From: Bacteroidota bacterium
Lineage (GTDB): Bacteria; Bacteroidota; Bacteroidia; M30B66
Assembly: GCA_027490225.1 (NCBI GenBank)
Contig: JAIXYK010000057.1
Span: forward strand, 13,015 to 77,014
DNA: 64,000 bases
Reading direction: 5' to 3'
Each line of letters starts with the position of its first letter. The stretch's first letter is position 1. Position numbers and translations under genes: made by a program. Of this stretch, positions 9,310-19,767 are shown one piece after another. The notes beneath the pieces are model-generated. The model did not search any database. It saw only the letters and a list, made by a program, of their open reading frames with translations, and was not told the DNA's origin.

Positions 9310-10359
9310 ATGGATAATCAGGAGCCCAAAAAACAACGCAGAATTCGCTATGCTGGTTCTCACCCAAAATCATTTAAAGAGAAATACAAGGAACTGCAAC
9401 CCGAAACATACATTGCGGATGTTGCTAAAATAATTGAACAAGGCAAAACGCCAGCTGGAATGCATCGTTCAATTTGTGTAAATGAAATTTTGTCTTTTTT
9501 GCAAATTAAACCAGGTCAAATAGGACTAGATGCTACCTTAGGCTACGGAGGTCATAGTGTTGAAATGATAAAGTGTTTACTTCCAAATGGACGTTTATAT
9601 GCAACAGATGTTGATCCAATAGAGTTACCCAAAACAAAAGAGCGTTTAGAGGCTTTGGGTTTTGGTCCTGAGGTTATTGAAATTAGGAAAATGAATTTTT
9701 CTGGCATTGATCAAATAGTTGCTGAAGCAGGACTGCTTGATTTTGTTTTAGCAGATTTAGGTGTTTCATCTATGCAAATTGATAATCCTGAAAGAGGATT
9801 TTCCTTTAAGATTGATGGTCCTCTTGATTTAAGGTTAAATCCCAAAAGTGGAAAAACCGCTGCAATGCTTTTAAAAAACTTATCAAAGGAAAAATTAGTT
9901 GAGATTCTTATAAATAATTCAGATGAGCCTCATGCTGAAATTATTGCAAAAAATATTATCAATAAAATTAAAAAGGGCGAAGTAATAGAAACAACCACAT
10001 GTTTGCAAAATATCATTAAAGATGCACTTGCGTTCATTCCTCCAAACGAACGAAAAGAAGAAATTAAAAAGGCTTGTCAACGTTGTTTTCAGGCCCTTAG
10101 AATAGAAGTTAATGACGAGTTTGGAGTCTTAGATAAGTTCTTGGAAAAGCTACCTGGTTCTTTAAAATCTGGAGGCAGAGTTGCAATTCTATCGTTTCAT
10201 TCGGGTGAAGATAGAAGAGTAAAAAAGTCATTTCAGCATTTCAATCGCGAAGGCGTTTATGCTAAAGTTGCTTCTGACCCAATTCGCGCAACATCTCAAG
10301 AAATTAATAGTAATCCAAGAGCTCGTTCAGCAAAATTGCGCTGGGCAATAAAAGCTTAA
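9310..10359 (+). CDS. rsmH: 16S rRNA (cytosine1402-N4)-methyltransferase RsmH-family protein, paralog with ~45-aa N-terminal extension
   Basis: Motifs LDATLGYGGHS, ADLGVSSMQID.PERGFSF..DGPLDLR, SFHSGEDRRVK and NPRARSAKLR align with E. coli RsmH. Not followed by ftsL or other dcw genes. Confidence 0.7.
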   Translation: MDNQEPKKQRRIRYAGSHPKSFKEKYKELQPETYIADVAKIIEQGKTPAGMHRSICVNEILSFLQIKPGQIGLDATLGYGGHSVEMIKCLLPNGRLYATDVDPIELPKTKERLEALGFGPEVIEIRKMNFSGIDQIVAEAGLLDFVLADLGVSSMQIDNPERGFSFKIDGPLDLRLNPKSGKTAAMLLKNLSKEKLVEILINNSDEPHAEIIAKNIINKIKKGEVIETTTCLQNIIKDALAFIPPNERKEEIKKACQRCFQALRIEVNDEFGVLDKFLEKLPGSLKSGGRVAILSFHSGEDRRVKKSFQHFNREGVYAKVASDPIRATSQEINSNPRARSAKLRWAIKA

Positions 10360-10383
10360 AACTGATTTATTTTAAATAAAAAA

Positions 10384-10416
10384 GGCTGCCTTAGATTAAC
10401 AGGACAGCCGTTTTTT
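10384..10416. terminator. bidirectional rho-independent terminator between convergent genes
   Basis: Stem GGCTGCC / GGACAGCC with a one-nt bulge and 11-nt loop, followed by TTTTTT. An A/T run sits on the opposite side for the minus-strand gene. Confidence 0.6.
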
Positions 10417-10433
10417 ATGTACTTATTTGAAGT

Positions 10434-12290
10434 TTAATTTTTAATCCATTTTTGAGTAGCAACAACCTTATCGCTTTCTACTTCAATTAAATACATTCCT
10501 TTTGAAAGAGATTCTGTATTTAAAATCTCATTAAAATTTCCCTGCACTTGCAATTGTTTTTGTAATTGAAGTTTTCCAAGTAAATCATAAATCTTAAAGT
10601 TAACTTTTTTATTTGAATGCGTTACACCGCTGAATATCAAAAAGTCATTTCCTGGATTTGGTCCAACATTAACACTGTTAAAGCCAGGTAAATCATTAAT
10701 TGAAGTTTTAATTACATTCACTGTAATTGTAGTAGTGCTGGTTCCACAGTTATTGGTTACTGTTAAGGTAACTGGCCAATTATTATCAAATGCAAATGTA
10801 AACAATGGGCTTTGTTCAATGCTGGTGTTATTTCCTCCAAAATTCCATAAATATGCATCTGCACTTGAGCTTGTATTTGTAAATTGTACTTGATATTCAG
10901 TAGTAAAAGTTTGTTCAAAAGTGAAATTTGCAACAGGCAAACTATTTAACTCAATATCAACAATTCCAGATACCAAAGTACAGCCATTTGCATCTTGCGC
11001 GCTTACCGAATAGCCGCCAGTTTCTGATACGTTTAAAGTATTTCCAGTTGCTCCGTTAGACCATATATAATTTGTTAAACCTGATTGAGCTGTTAGCACA
11101 ACACTTTGTCCTTCACATGAAGCAATTGGTCCGGGAGGTGTTATTGTTATATTTCCTCCTCCAGTAGAATAATTTAAGGTAACTGCAGGTGCTGTTGAAA
11201 GACATCCATTTGCATCAGTTGCAGAAACCTGAAAGTCACCTGCTAAATCTGCGGTAATTGTTTGACCATTTAAAACACCACCTGGACTTGTCCAACTGTA
11301 ATTGGTAAAACCAGCACTTGCCGTTATTGGCAAAGATTGACCAGCGCAAAGATTCTGAATTCCACTAGGGTTGGTAGTTAATGTTTGTGGATTGTCTACT
11401 GTTACAGTTACAGACCCTGAGCCTGTGCATACAGCTCCACCTTGAGTTACAACTAAATTATAAGTTGTTGTTGTAGTTGGATTAGCACTTGGATTTGCCA
11501 CAGTTGCACTACTTAATCCAGTTGAAGGTGTCCATGCGTAAGTATATGTTCCATTTCCAGAACCACCCGTAGCAGTTGGAGAGCCACCAATATTAACTGA
11601 AGCTCCACTACAAATAGCCGAGGCAGTTCCTGCATTCACTGTTGGTGGCGTGCAAGTTTGGGAAGGAGTAGTAAGGGCGATATCATCAATTGAGAAGGCT
11701 GGGTCTGAGGCTCCTGGGGAATTTACTCCATTAATCCATCTGAATCTAATTCTGAAATTCGTAATGTTTTCATATTGAACAGGAACTGGAATTGTAATGG
11801 TTGAACAGGAAGATACACTTTGATAACGAGTTGGAAGTTCATCCCAAGTAGTACCGCCGTTTCCAGAAAAGCTAAGTGTTCCAAAATCTAAATCTGGAAC
11901 TCCAAGACATAAAAAACTAAAACTCAAACTTATGTTTGTTCTTCCGATTGTGCTGATGTTAGGAGAGAAGGTACTGCGATTAGAAGCATTACTGGCATTA
12001 TATACTGGATCAGAAGGGCCTCCAAAAAAGCTACAGATTAACCCGTCACAACTCACTTGAATTCCAGTTCCAGTTCCACAAGAAGAAGGTTGATTGAGAA
12101 ACCATTGATTGGTGCCTGATCCGCCCTGATTCAATGTCCATCCAACGCCTGCGTTATTGTTGTTGGTACCTCCGGAGGGTGAATCAAAATTATCGCTCCA
12201 AAAAGTTGTTTGTGATATTCCTGATGAAATAGCTATGAAAACTGAAATTATAACAGCTATGTGTGATTTTGCGTGAGGGTTTTTTATCAT
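10434..12290 (-). CDS. T9SS type-A C-terminal-sorted secreted protein with Ig/PKD-like modules
   Basis: Signal peptide. Repeated C.G.S..LTA..G.TNY.W modules. C-terminal ~80 aa (KIYDLLGKL...GMYLIEVESD) typical of a Por/T9SS CTD. Confidence 0.7.
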   Translation of the reverse strand: MIKNPHAKSHIAVIISVFIAISSGISQTTFWSDNFDSPSGGTNNNNAGVGWTLNQGGSGTNQWFLNQPSSCGTGTGIQVSCDGLICSFFGGPSDPVYNASNASNRSTFSPNISTIGRTNISLSFSFLCLGVPDLDFGTLSFSGNGGTTWDELPTRYQSVSSCSTITIPVPVQYENITNFRIRFRWINGVNSPGASDPAFSIDDIALTTPSQTCTPPTVNAGTASAICSGASVNIGGSPTATGGSGNGTYTYAWTPSTGLSSATVANPSANPTTTTTYNLVVTQGGAVCTGSGSVTVTVDNPQTLTTNPSGIQNLCAGQSLPITASAGFTNYSWTSPGGVLNGQTITADLAGDFQVSATDANGCLSTAPAVTLNYSTGGGNITITPPGPIASCEGQSVVLTAQSGLTNYIWSNGATGNTLNVSETGGYSVSAQDANGCTLVSGIVDIELNSLPVANFTFEQTFTTEYQVQFTNTSSSADAYLWNFGGNNTSIEQSPLFTFAFDNNWPVTLTVTNNCGTSTTTITVNVIKTSINDLPGFNSVNVGPNPGNDFLIFSGVTHSNKKVNFKIYDLLGKLQLQKQLQVQGNFNEILNTESLSKGMYLIEVESDKVVATQKWIKN

Positions 12291-12972
12291 AATTTAGTTT
12301 AGGTAGTAAAACTCAAAGGTAGTTTTCAATAAATTTATAAAAAAGTATTGGTTGGAATAAGATAATAAGATGAAAGCATCAGGAATTATTTATTGATATC
12401 AAATTCAGCATTTAATCGAAACTTTTATTGTTTCATTCAACTTTCGCTGTTAAATCATAATTTCACTTCCAATGGTTCTTTTACTTTATTTAGTTCCATA
12501 GTATATTACCTTAATTGAAGTTGTGTTTTTTATAATAGAAAAAACAAGTTCATATGAGTTGAAACCCATAATTTATTTAGGACTTTATCTTTAAAATGGT
12601 AATTAGAGCGAGATTAAAAAAAAACTAAAGATTCTTAATAAGTTTAAAATCTATTTTATCTAAACTAAAATCTAATCTTTATTTTAAAACAGAATTCCAC
12701 TAAATATGAGTGATTTTTCAACGATTTATTTAAGTAATAGTAATATAATGTTAATTATAAATTAACATGTGTTTTCTTATAATAGGCATTTTTACGAATT
12801 GTTAATAAATATAGGCCTTTCATTTTTATTGTTCAACAGAAAAATATGAAATGTAATTAACCTAATATTAATAACTACTTCACATTGATGTGTTTTTTTA
12901 AAATGACTTTTGTACTCTCAAAAACAGCACATAATTAACGTTAACATTTTATAGTCACTCAAACCACATCAC

Positions 12973-14052
12973 ATGAAAAAACACCTACTATTAGCATTTG
13001 CTGCATTTGCAACCTTTGAAGCATTTAGCCAGAATGGCTTAGAAAATATAATTGTTGAGAAATACTATATTTCTAATGATAACGACGCAACTGTAAATGG
13101 TACCGGCGGAGTTTTGCCAGTTGGTTCTGTAACATATAGAATATATGTAGACATGCAACCAAATTACATACTTCAAGCAATTTATGGTGTACCAGGCCAT
13201 GAAATGAGAATAGCAACAACATCATTGTTTTTTAATAATGAAGATAGAGGAGCAACAACTCCAACATATACAAAGAATCAAGCAAAGAATAATACTGTTA
13301 TGCTAGATTCTTGGTTGTCAGTTGGGGCAGCATGTGCAGGTAACTTTGGAGTTTTAAAAACAGAGGATGACGGAGCAGCCACAAACGTAAATTCTGATGG
13401 AGTTTTGCAAAACACTGATCCAAATGCTGGAATTCCATTAACACAACAAGATGGTTTATTATTAGGTACACCTCAGCCTGTAACTACAGTAGGATTAGAT
13501 AATATTGTTACTGTATTTGATAATCAAAATGATGGTACAAACGGACCTGTGTTTTCTACTTCAGATGGCGCATGGTCAGCACTTAATGGTGCAACAGGTC
13601 CAACACCATCTAATACTGTGCTAATTGCACAAATTACAACAAATGGAATTTTATCTTTTGAGCTGAACATTCAGATTAGAAGTGAAGGAGGCCAGGTAGA
13701 GAATTATGTTGCAAGAAACCCTGTAAATCAGGAGATTTTATTCCCAGGGTTAAATTTTGCCTCTGATTCACCAACAAAGAACTTATTTATAGAGGCAGAA
13801 CAAGCATTGTTCAGTTTGTTTCCAAATCCTGCTAATGAAACTTTATTTGTAAAGTTGAATTCAACTAAAAATGAAATTGGCCGTTATTCAATTTATGATA
13901 TAACAGGTAAATTGGTAACGTTAAAAACTTTAGGTGTTGTAAACGAAGGACAAATTGAAACAATTGACATCTCTCAACTTTCAAAAGGTCAGTACTTTAT
14001 GGATGTCGTTTTAAACGGAAAAAGATATACCGAAAAGTTTATAAAGAATTAA
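12973..14052 (+). CDS. T9SS type-A cargo protein, member of a local 3-gene paralog family (shared ~230-aa N-domain)
   Basis: Signal peptide. N-domain (EKYYISNDNDA...FFNNEDRGATTPTYTKNQA...DSWLSVG) shared with 17173..18510 and 21532..24978. CTD FPNPANETLFVKL...GQYFMDV. Confidence 0.65.
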   Translation: MKKHLLLAFAAFATFEAFSQNGLENIIVEKYYISNDNDATVNGTGGVLPVGSVTYRIYVDMQPNYILQAIYGVPGHEMRIATTSLFFNNEDRGATTPTYTKNQAKNNTVMLDSWLSVGAACAGNFGVLKTEDDGAATNVNSDGVLQNTDPNAGIPLTQQDGLLLGTPQPVTTVGLDNIVTVFDNQNDGTNGPVFSTSDGAWSALNGATGPTPSNTVLIAQITTNGILSFELNIQIRSEGGQVENYVARNPVNQEILFPGLNFASDSPTKNLFIEAEQALFSLFPNPANETLFVKLNSTKNEIGRYSIYDITGKLVTLKTLGVVNEGQIETIDISQLSKGQYFMDVVLNGKRYTEKFIKN

Positions 14053-14073
14053 ATCTTAAAAAATTCATATTAA

Positions 14074-14101
14074 AGACAGGTGTTAAAAACCTGTCTTTTT
14101 A
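14074..14101 (+). terminator. rho-independent terminator
   Basis: 7-bp stem AGACAGG / CCTGTCT, 9-nt loop, then TTTTT. Lies immediately after the 14052 stop. Confidence 0.6.
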
Positions 14102-14115
14102 ATTTATACCTACTT

Positions 14116-17100
14116 ATGAATAGAATTTTACTTTGTATATTAATTATTTGCTTGTATGCTCTAAACAGTTTTTCACAAGGCACTGTAAGAGGTAAAATTA
14201 CAGATGAAAACGGAGAAACTATTATTGGGGCAACAATTGTCTTGAAAGCAAACAAAAGTATTGGAACTATTACTGATTTTGATGGCAATTACTCATTAGC
14301 CATAAAGGATTCTACACTTCAAACTATTATAATTTCCTTTGTTAGTTATAAACCAATTGAGGAAAATGTTAAATTAAAGAAAGGTGAAGTTTTAATCAGA
14401 AATTTTTCTCTAAAACCAAATCAAAACGAAATTAAAGAAGTTGAAATAACTGCAACTGCCATTAAGAATAAGGAATATTTCATGGAGAATATCAAAAAGA
14501 AGTCAGCAGCTTCAATTGATTATATTTCTTCAGAGACAATGAAAAAAACAGGTGATAATAATGTTACAGCTGCAGTTGCCAGGGTAAGTGGTGTTTCTAC
14601 AAATGGAAGCTTTATTACAGTAAGGGGAATAGGTGATAGGTATTTAAAAACCAATATCAATGGAATGAGGATTCCAACATTAGACCCATTCACAAACAAT
14701 ATTAAGCTCGATTTATTTCCAGCAAGTTTGGTAGACAATATTATTATCACAAAAACTGCCTCTCCTGATTTACCAGGCGATTGGGCTGGTGCATATATTT
14801 CTATTGAAACCAAAGATTATCCTGATAAGTTAACTGTTAGTGTAGAATCTCAATTTGGGTATAATGCGCAAACAACTGGAAAAGACATGCTTACTTCAGA
14901 AAGAAGTCAAACTGATTGGTTGGGTTTTGATAATGGATTAAGAAATGTTGACCATAATAGTTTTGTGCAAGTAAATGTCAATCCTACTCAATATCAAGAA
15001 TTTGCAGCATTAGGTTTGGGTAATTATTTACAATCTTTAGGTGTAAATGAGAACTCAGCTTGGAATGATACTTACTATAAGCTTTCTTTGGTAGAACTTG
15101 GTTTATTAGATAAAGGTAGGTTTTATGATGATGCAGCAGTTGCAGCAGCTAAAGCAACTTTTAATGCTGGTGATTATAAAGGAAATGCATTTGCTACAAT
15201 AAATGAAGCTGCTTCAGCATCAAGTCAAAAGTTTGCAAATAACTGGGATACAAAAACCAGAAAAGGCCCTATGAATTTTAGCCAGAGCTTTAGTATTGGA
15301 AATCAGGTGATGCTTTTCGGAAAGCCCTTGGGTTTTTTAACGGGATTTAGATATGGAAGTTCTTTTCAGAATGACCCCAACTCAACGGTAGAAAGGGCAG
15401 GAACCGACAACAATGGAAATGTATTTGTTCCTACATTCATTAATCAGCATGTGAGCAGAGAAATGTACGGTTGGAGTGGATTAGTTAATTTAGCATACAA
15501 ATTTGCTAAAAATCACAGTGTGTCACTTTTGTTTATGCCCAATTTTAATGGAGCAAATAATGTGAGGAATGATGCTGAGTTTGATAATTCTTTCGCTTAT
15601 CAATACACTTACTCTAAGACACAGTTTTATGAAGAAAGAAGGCAAATGATTTATCAGCTCAAAACAGAGCATTATATTCCCAAACCAAAAATTAAAGTAG
15701 AATCTAATGTTTCATACACCAGAGGAAAAAGTAGCGCACCAGATTTTAAAAATTATAATTATTTCTTATCCAACGATAACCAATATATAATTGATAGAAC
15801 AGGCTCATTTACAAGCAGATTTTACAGGTATTTAACTGAAAATTTATTCGATTCTAAAGTTTCAGCAGAAATGCCATTAGGAAACAAACCTTTGCTTGTA
15901 AGAAAAGTAAAGATTGGAGGAGGATTTCAAAGAAACGACAGAGCTAACGACCAATATAATTATATAGCTAAATGGACTATTCCAGGTGCTTATGTAATTC
16001 AAAATGGAGATATATCGCCGTTTTTTGCTTTGAGCGATTTTGCATTAAACAGTAACAATCAAATTATTGCATATTACGAAAGAGATGAAAATCCGGCTAA
16101 TAGAAATATTGGTTACAGCCAGATTGTAAGTGGTTTTGCAATGACTGACTACAGCATTGATTACAGATGGAGGGTTGCTGGAGGATTAAGAATTGAGTCA
16201 GCAAGAATTTTTACAGATGTTTTGGCATATGATTCATTGGGTTATGCAGCCAATGATGGAAGAAGATTTTTTTCTGCTGGAATTCTACCATTACTGCCTA
16301 ATCCAGGAAACTTAGAAAATTTTAATCTCTTGCCGAGTGCCAATGTTATTTTTAAAATAAAACCTGAAGATGATGCGCCTATGAATTTGCGCTTTAACTT
16401 TAGTAAAACAGTTGCAAGACCAAGTATCAGAGAGCTTTCTGAGATAATTGTTCCTGATTTTGAATTACGTGCCAATGTATTTGGAAATTCAGATTTGAAA
16501 ACAGTTGAAATCATGAACTACGATTTAAGATGGGAAAATTATTTTAAATCAGGTGATAATCTTTCTTTCAGTTTGTTTTACAAAGATTTTAAAAATCATA
16601 TTGAACTAACAAACTCAACCTTAGGCTTTACATGGCAGAATATTGATAAATCTGTTGCTTATGGATTGGAATTAGAAGGTAAAAAGCGAATTATTAAAAA
16701 CTTAGAATTCAGAGGAAATATAACTATTACCAATTCTAGTTCTACATTCATACCAACCACTTTAATTTTAGATGGAGGAGTGAAGACTTATGTTCCTTTA
16801 CCAGAAGTTACTAGGTCTATGTTTGGTCAAGCGCCTTATGTTTTAAACGGTATGTTGAATTATAATTCTGATACCTTAGGTTTAACTGCCACTTTAAGTT
16901 ACAATAGACAAGGCAGAAGATTAGTAATAGCAAATGGATTTACCATTCCTGATGTGTATGAAGTACCTAGAAATTTAATTGATTTAAAAATTAGTAAAAA
17001 TCTAGGAAAGCATTTCATTGTATCTCTAACAATAAGAGATATATTGAATTCCCCAATTGTAAGAACTTATGATTTCAAAGAAGGTGATCCAATTGATTTT

Positions 17101-17154
17101 GATAGGTTTAGGTATGGAACAAATTATCAAATTGGAATTCAATATAAATTGTAA
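14116..17154 (+). CDS. TonB-dependent outer membrane receptor with N-terminal carboxypeptidase-regulatory-like domain
   Basis: Signal peptide and CarbopepD_reg-like start (GTVRGKITDENGETIIGATI). Plug domain (ITVRGIGDRYL), long beta-barrel, C-terminal aromatic (YKL). Start set after the upstream terminator; the ORF is open from 14080. Confidence 0.75.
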   Translation: MNRILLCILIICLYALNSFSQGTVRGKITDENGETIIGATIVLKANKSIGTITDFDGNYSLAIKDSTLQTIIISFVSYKPIEENVKLKKGEVLIRNFSLKPNQNEIKEVEITATAIKNKEYFMENIKKKSAASIDYISSETMKKTGDNNVTAAVARVSGVSTNGSFITVRGIGDRYLKTNINGMRIPTLDPFTNNIKLDLFPASLVDNIIITKTASPDLPGDWAGAYISIETKDYPDKLTVSVESQFGYNAQTTGKDMLTSERSQTDWLGFDNGLRNVDHNSFVQVNVNPTQYQEFAALGLGNYLQSLGVNENSAWNDTYYKLSLVELGLLDKGRFYDDAAVAAAKATFNAGDYKGNAFATINEAASASSQKFANNWDTKTRKGPMNFSQSFSIGNQVMLFGKPLGFLTGFRYGSSFQNDPNSTVERAGTDNNGNVFVPTFINQHVSREMYGWSGLVNLAYKFAKNHSVSLLFMPNFNGANNVRNDAEFDNSFAYQYTYSKTQFYEERRQMIYQLKTEHYIPKPKIKVESNVSYTRGKSSAPDFKNYNYFLSNDNQYIIDRTGSFTSRFYRYLTENLFDSKVSAEMPLGNKPLLVRKVKIGGGFQRNDRANDQYNYIAKWTIPGAYVIQNGDISPFFALSDFALNSNNQIIAYYERDENPANRNIGYSQIVSGFAMTDYSIDYRWRVAGGLRIESARIFTDVLAYDSLGYAANDGRRFFSAGILPLLPNPGNLENFNLLPSANVIFKIKPEDDAPMNLRFNFSKTVARPSIRELSEIIVPDFELRANVFGNSDLKTVEIMNYDLRWENYFKSGDNLSFSLFYKDFKNHIELTNSTLGFTWQNIDKSVAYGLELEGKKRIIKNLEFRGNITITNSSSTFIPTTLILDGGVKTYVPLPEVTRSMFGQAPYVLNGMLNYNSDTLGLTATLSYNRQGRRLVIANGFTIPDVYEVPRNLIDLKISKNLGKHFIVSLTIRDILNSPIVRTYDFKEGDPIDFDRFRYGTNYQIGIQYKL

Positions 17155-17172
17155 TTAAAAATATTTTTAGAT

Positions 17173-18510
17173 ATGACAAATGTTAGAAAACAATTCCTAG
17201 CCATTTTATTTTGCCTTTTTTTATCTCCTGTTTTTTCACAAATTGAAAATGTAGTTGTAGAAACATATTACATTTCAGATAGCAATGATGCTACTGATAC
17301 AACTGGCGGTGGAATTGAAATCGGAACTAAAACTTACCGAGTTTATTTAGATTTAGTAGCAGGGACAAGGGTGAAAAAAATATATGGAGATATCAATCAT
17401 CCCTTAATTATTAGTAGTACGCAGAACTTTTTCAACAATAAAGTTGATGGTCAAACTTTTGGTAAAGAATTTACTAAAAACAGATTAGGCGAAAATACTG
17501 TTGCCTTGGATACTTGGATAACATTAGGCCAAACAACTCGAAACGCTGCTGTTACTTACTTCGGTGTATTAAAAGTAAATGATGAAAATTCATTTATAGG
17601 CGGTTCAAATAATGATGGAGGAAGCGAAGCCATCACAAATGGATTATTAACAAATAATATTTCTGAAATGGGAATTCCATTGACAGAAAAAGATGGTATG
17701 GATACCATTTTAAATCCCCCAAATTCTTGGGCAGATTATGGTTTTGCAGATGTTGTTTCTGGAGAAGATTCAACTATTTTTGGATCATTAGTTTCTGGAA
17801 ATAGATTTGAAAGCAGAAATGCGGGATTGCTCAATTCAGGAGTTATTGGAGTTGATTCTTTGTTAAATCATGTTTTGGTTGCACAATTATCTACAAAAGG
17901 TGAAATTGCATTTGAATTAAACATTGAAGTCGAAATTCCATCATTAATTGGTTTTCAAACAGTGAAATATGTTGCCAACGATTCACTTATTGGGGAAGGA
18001 GAAGTATTAAGTCCTTTTTTAAAATACCCTCAACAATGTGGATGTCAAGATGCAAACTATTTAGAATATAGCCCGATTTATGCTTGCAACAATCCTGATT
18101 CATGCAGGAATTTAATAGTTTTCGGTTGCATGGATCCAATGGCTTGCAATTTTAGCAGTACTGCTAATTTTAATATTCAAGATATCTGCTGCTATATTGG
18201 TGATTGCAATGATTTAGATATTTCAATTGTTTGTCCATCTTTAGGAGAAAATGAAATTTCAGAAATCGAGAAATTACGCGTTTTTCCAAATCCTGCTACT
18301 GAAACAATAAATGTAAAGCATAGCTTCACTCAGAATAATGAATTTAAGATTAAGATTTTAGATCACGTAGGAAGAGTTGTTTCAGTATATAATGTTCTTA
18401 ATCCTGAAAATTCAACTGCAATTAATATCTCCAATTTTGCACCGGGTATTTATTTTATTGAGTTGACTTCTAAAGAAGGTATTTCAGCTGAAAAATTTAT
18501 TAAGCAATAA
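17173..18510 (+). CDS. T9SS type-A cargo protein, paralog-family member
   Basis: Same N-domain as 12973 and 21532 (VETYYISDSNDA...FFNNKVDG...DTWITLG). Cys-rich middle. CTD VFPNPATETINVK...GIYFIELTSKEG. Confidence 0.65.
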   Translation: MTNVRKQFLAILFCLFLSPVFSQIENVVVETYYISDSNDATDTTGGGIEIGTKTYRVYLDLVAGTRVKKIYGDINHPLIISSTQNFFNNKVDGQTFGKEFTKNRLGENTVALDTWITLGQTTRNAAVTYFGVLKVNDENSFIGGSNNDGGSEAITNGLLTNNISEMGIPLTEKDGMDTILNPPNSWADYGFADVVSGEDSTIFGSLVSGNRFESRNAGLLNSGVIGVDSLLNHVLVAQLSTKGEIAFELNIEVEIPSLIGFQTVKYVANDSLIGEGEVLSPFLKYPQQCGCQDANYLEYSPIYACNNPDSCRNLIVFGCMDPMACNFSSTANFNIQDICCYIGDCNDLDISIVCPSLGENEISEIEKLRVFPNPATETINVKHSFTQNNEFKIKILDHVGRVVSVYNVLNPENSTAINISNFAPGIYFIELTSKEGISAEKFIKQ

Positions 18511-18526
18511 TTCAATTTTTATTAAA

Positions 18527-19267
18527 ATGAAAAATAGTTTTAAAAAATATAAAAATATTTGTGTTTTAACTCTTTTAATAGGAACAAGCTTTTTGTATTC
18601 TTGCGAAGAAGATACTCCTGTAACTCCTGTTCCAGAGACAGGAACTGTTACTGATGTAAGCGGAAACGTTTATAAAACCGTGAAAATTGGAGAAAAGTGG
18701 TGGATGGCTGAAAATTTGAAAACTACAAAATTTAAAAATGGCAATGACATTCAAACAATAGCAGATGCAGATGATTGGATGCTTGGAGCTGCAGCATATT
18801 GCCAGTTTGAAAATAACCAACTTGCCCCAGGTCTTCTTTATAATTGGGCAGCAGTAAAAAGTGAAAACGGTTTAGCTCCAGACGGCTGGCATATAGCAAC
18901 AGAAGAAGATTGGAAAAATTTGGAGAGACATTTAAAAATGTCAGAAGTTGAAATTAATAAAATAAACTGGAGAGAAGATAATAAGGTTGGAGATAAATTG
19001 AAAATAAAAGGTCCAACCAGTTGGACTAGATTCGAAGATGTTTGGGGTAATAATGAAAGCGGGTTTGAAGCTCTTTCTGGTGGATGTAGATTAAATAATG
19101 GAAACTGGGGAAATCCAGGCATCGGAGCAGCAGGGTTTTGGTGGTCTTCTACTGAAAATGATTACAATACTGCTTGGATGCGACAATTAGATTATAAGAA
19201 ATCTGGTGTTTTTAGATTTTATATTCAAAAAAATTATGGGCTAAGTGTTCGTTGTGTAAAAGATTAA
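18527..19267 (+). CDS. lipoprotein with Fibrobacter succinogenes major paralogous (Fib_succ_major) domain
   Basis: Lipobox LYSC. Motifs GEKWWMAENL, LYNWAAV, DGWHIATEEDW, GFEALSGGCR, GFWWSST. Confidence 0.7.
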   Translation: MKNSFKKYKNICVLTLLIGTSFLYSCEEDTPVTPVPETGTVTDVSGNVYKTVKIGEKWWMAENLKTTKFKNGNDIQTIADADDWMLGAAAYCQFENNQLAPGLLYNWAAVKSENGLAPDGWHIATEEDWKNLERHLKMSEVEINKINWREDNKVGDKLKIKGPTSWTRFEDVWGNNESGFEALSGGCRLNNGNWGNPGIGAAGFWWSSTENDYNTAWMRQLDYKKSGVFRFYIQKNYGLSVRCVKD

Positions 19268-19288
19268 TATCACATTTCTATATGAAAA

Positions 19289-19317
19289 GCCATTTCTTAG
19301 TTGAAATGGCTTTTTTT
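19289..19317 (+). terminator. rho-independent terminator
   Basis: 8-bp stem GCCATTTC / GAAATGGC, 6-nt loop, T7 run. Confidence 0.65.
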
Positions 19318-19661
19318 GTTTTAAGCTATTTCTTACTTTCATTTAAATATCATATAAAAATCGCATTATATTAATATTTAATTAATATTCTTAATTCTTG
19401 ATTTGTTTGATAATTGTAATTTGATTTAAGAATATTATGAATTTCAAATCCTAAGTGCTTATTATTTATAAAAAAATAAAATAATGTAGAGTAAAATGTT
19501 GAATAGTTAAATTTATCATTGCTTTGTTTGATAAATCTAAATTTGACAATCCTTATAACATAGTATTCCAATGTTAATTAAATGTAAATTAAAGATTAAT
19601 AGTAATATTAAATTAAAGTGTTTTAATTTTAACAAATTGAGAAGAATATATAGGTATTAAT

Positions 19662-19687
19662 CCTTATTAATTAATCAATTAATAAGG
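19662..19687. promoter_or_regulatory. perfect 11-bp inverted repeat CCTTATTAATT-aatc-AATTAATAAGG, candidate operator
   Basis: Exact reverse-complement arms with a 4-bp spacer, ~80 bp upstream of the 19768 start codon. Confidence 0.4.
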
Positions 19688-19767
19688 TTTACTTTCCAAT
19701 TTAGTTACTCACAAGGTACACTTTTGTGCCACTCAATGTTGAGTACAAACAACCATATTATTTCATC

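Noticed and set aside
12291-12972. 680-nt AT-rich non-coding stretch between divergent T9SS cargo genes, and other intergenic regions, examined for CRISPR arrays, rRNA and tRNA
   Set aside because: No regularly spaced direct repeats, no rRNA-like conserved blocks and no tRNA cloverleaf candidates were seen. It is interpreted as a divergent promoter region.
14080-14115. Upstream start for the TonB-dependent receptor at 14080
   Set aside because: It would place the start codon inside the stem of the upstream gene's terminator hairpin (14074..14101). The ATG at 14116 gives a cleaner signal peptide.
19371-19571. 66-aa ORF in the 500-nt AT-rich leader upstream of 19768
   Set aside because: Extreme AT-richness, I/K/N/Y-rich low-complexity translation; likely non-coding promoter region.
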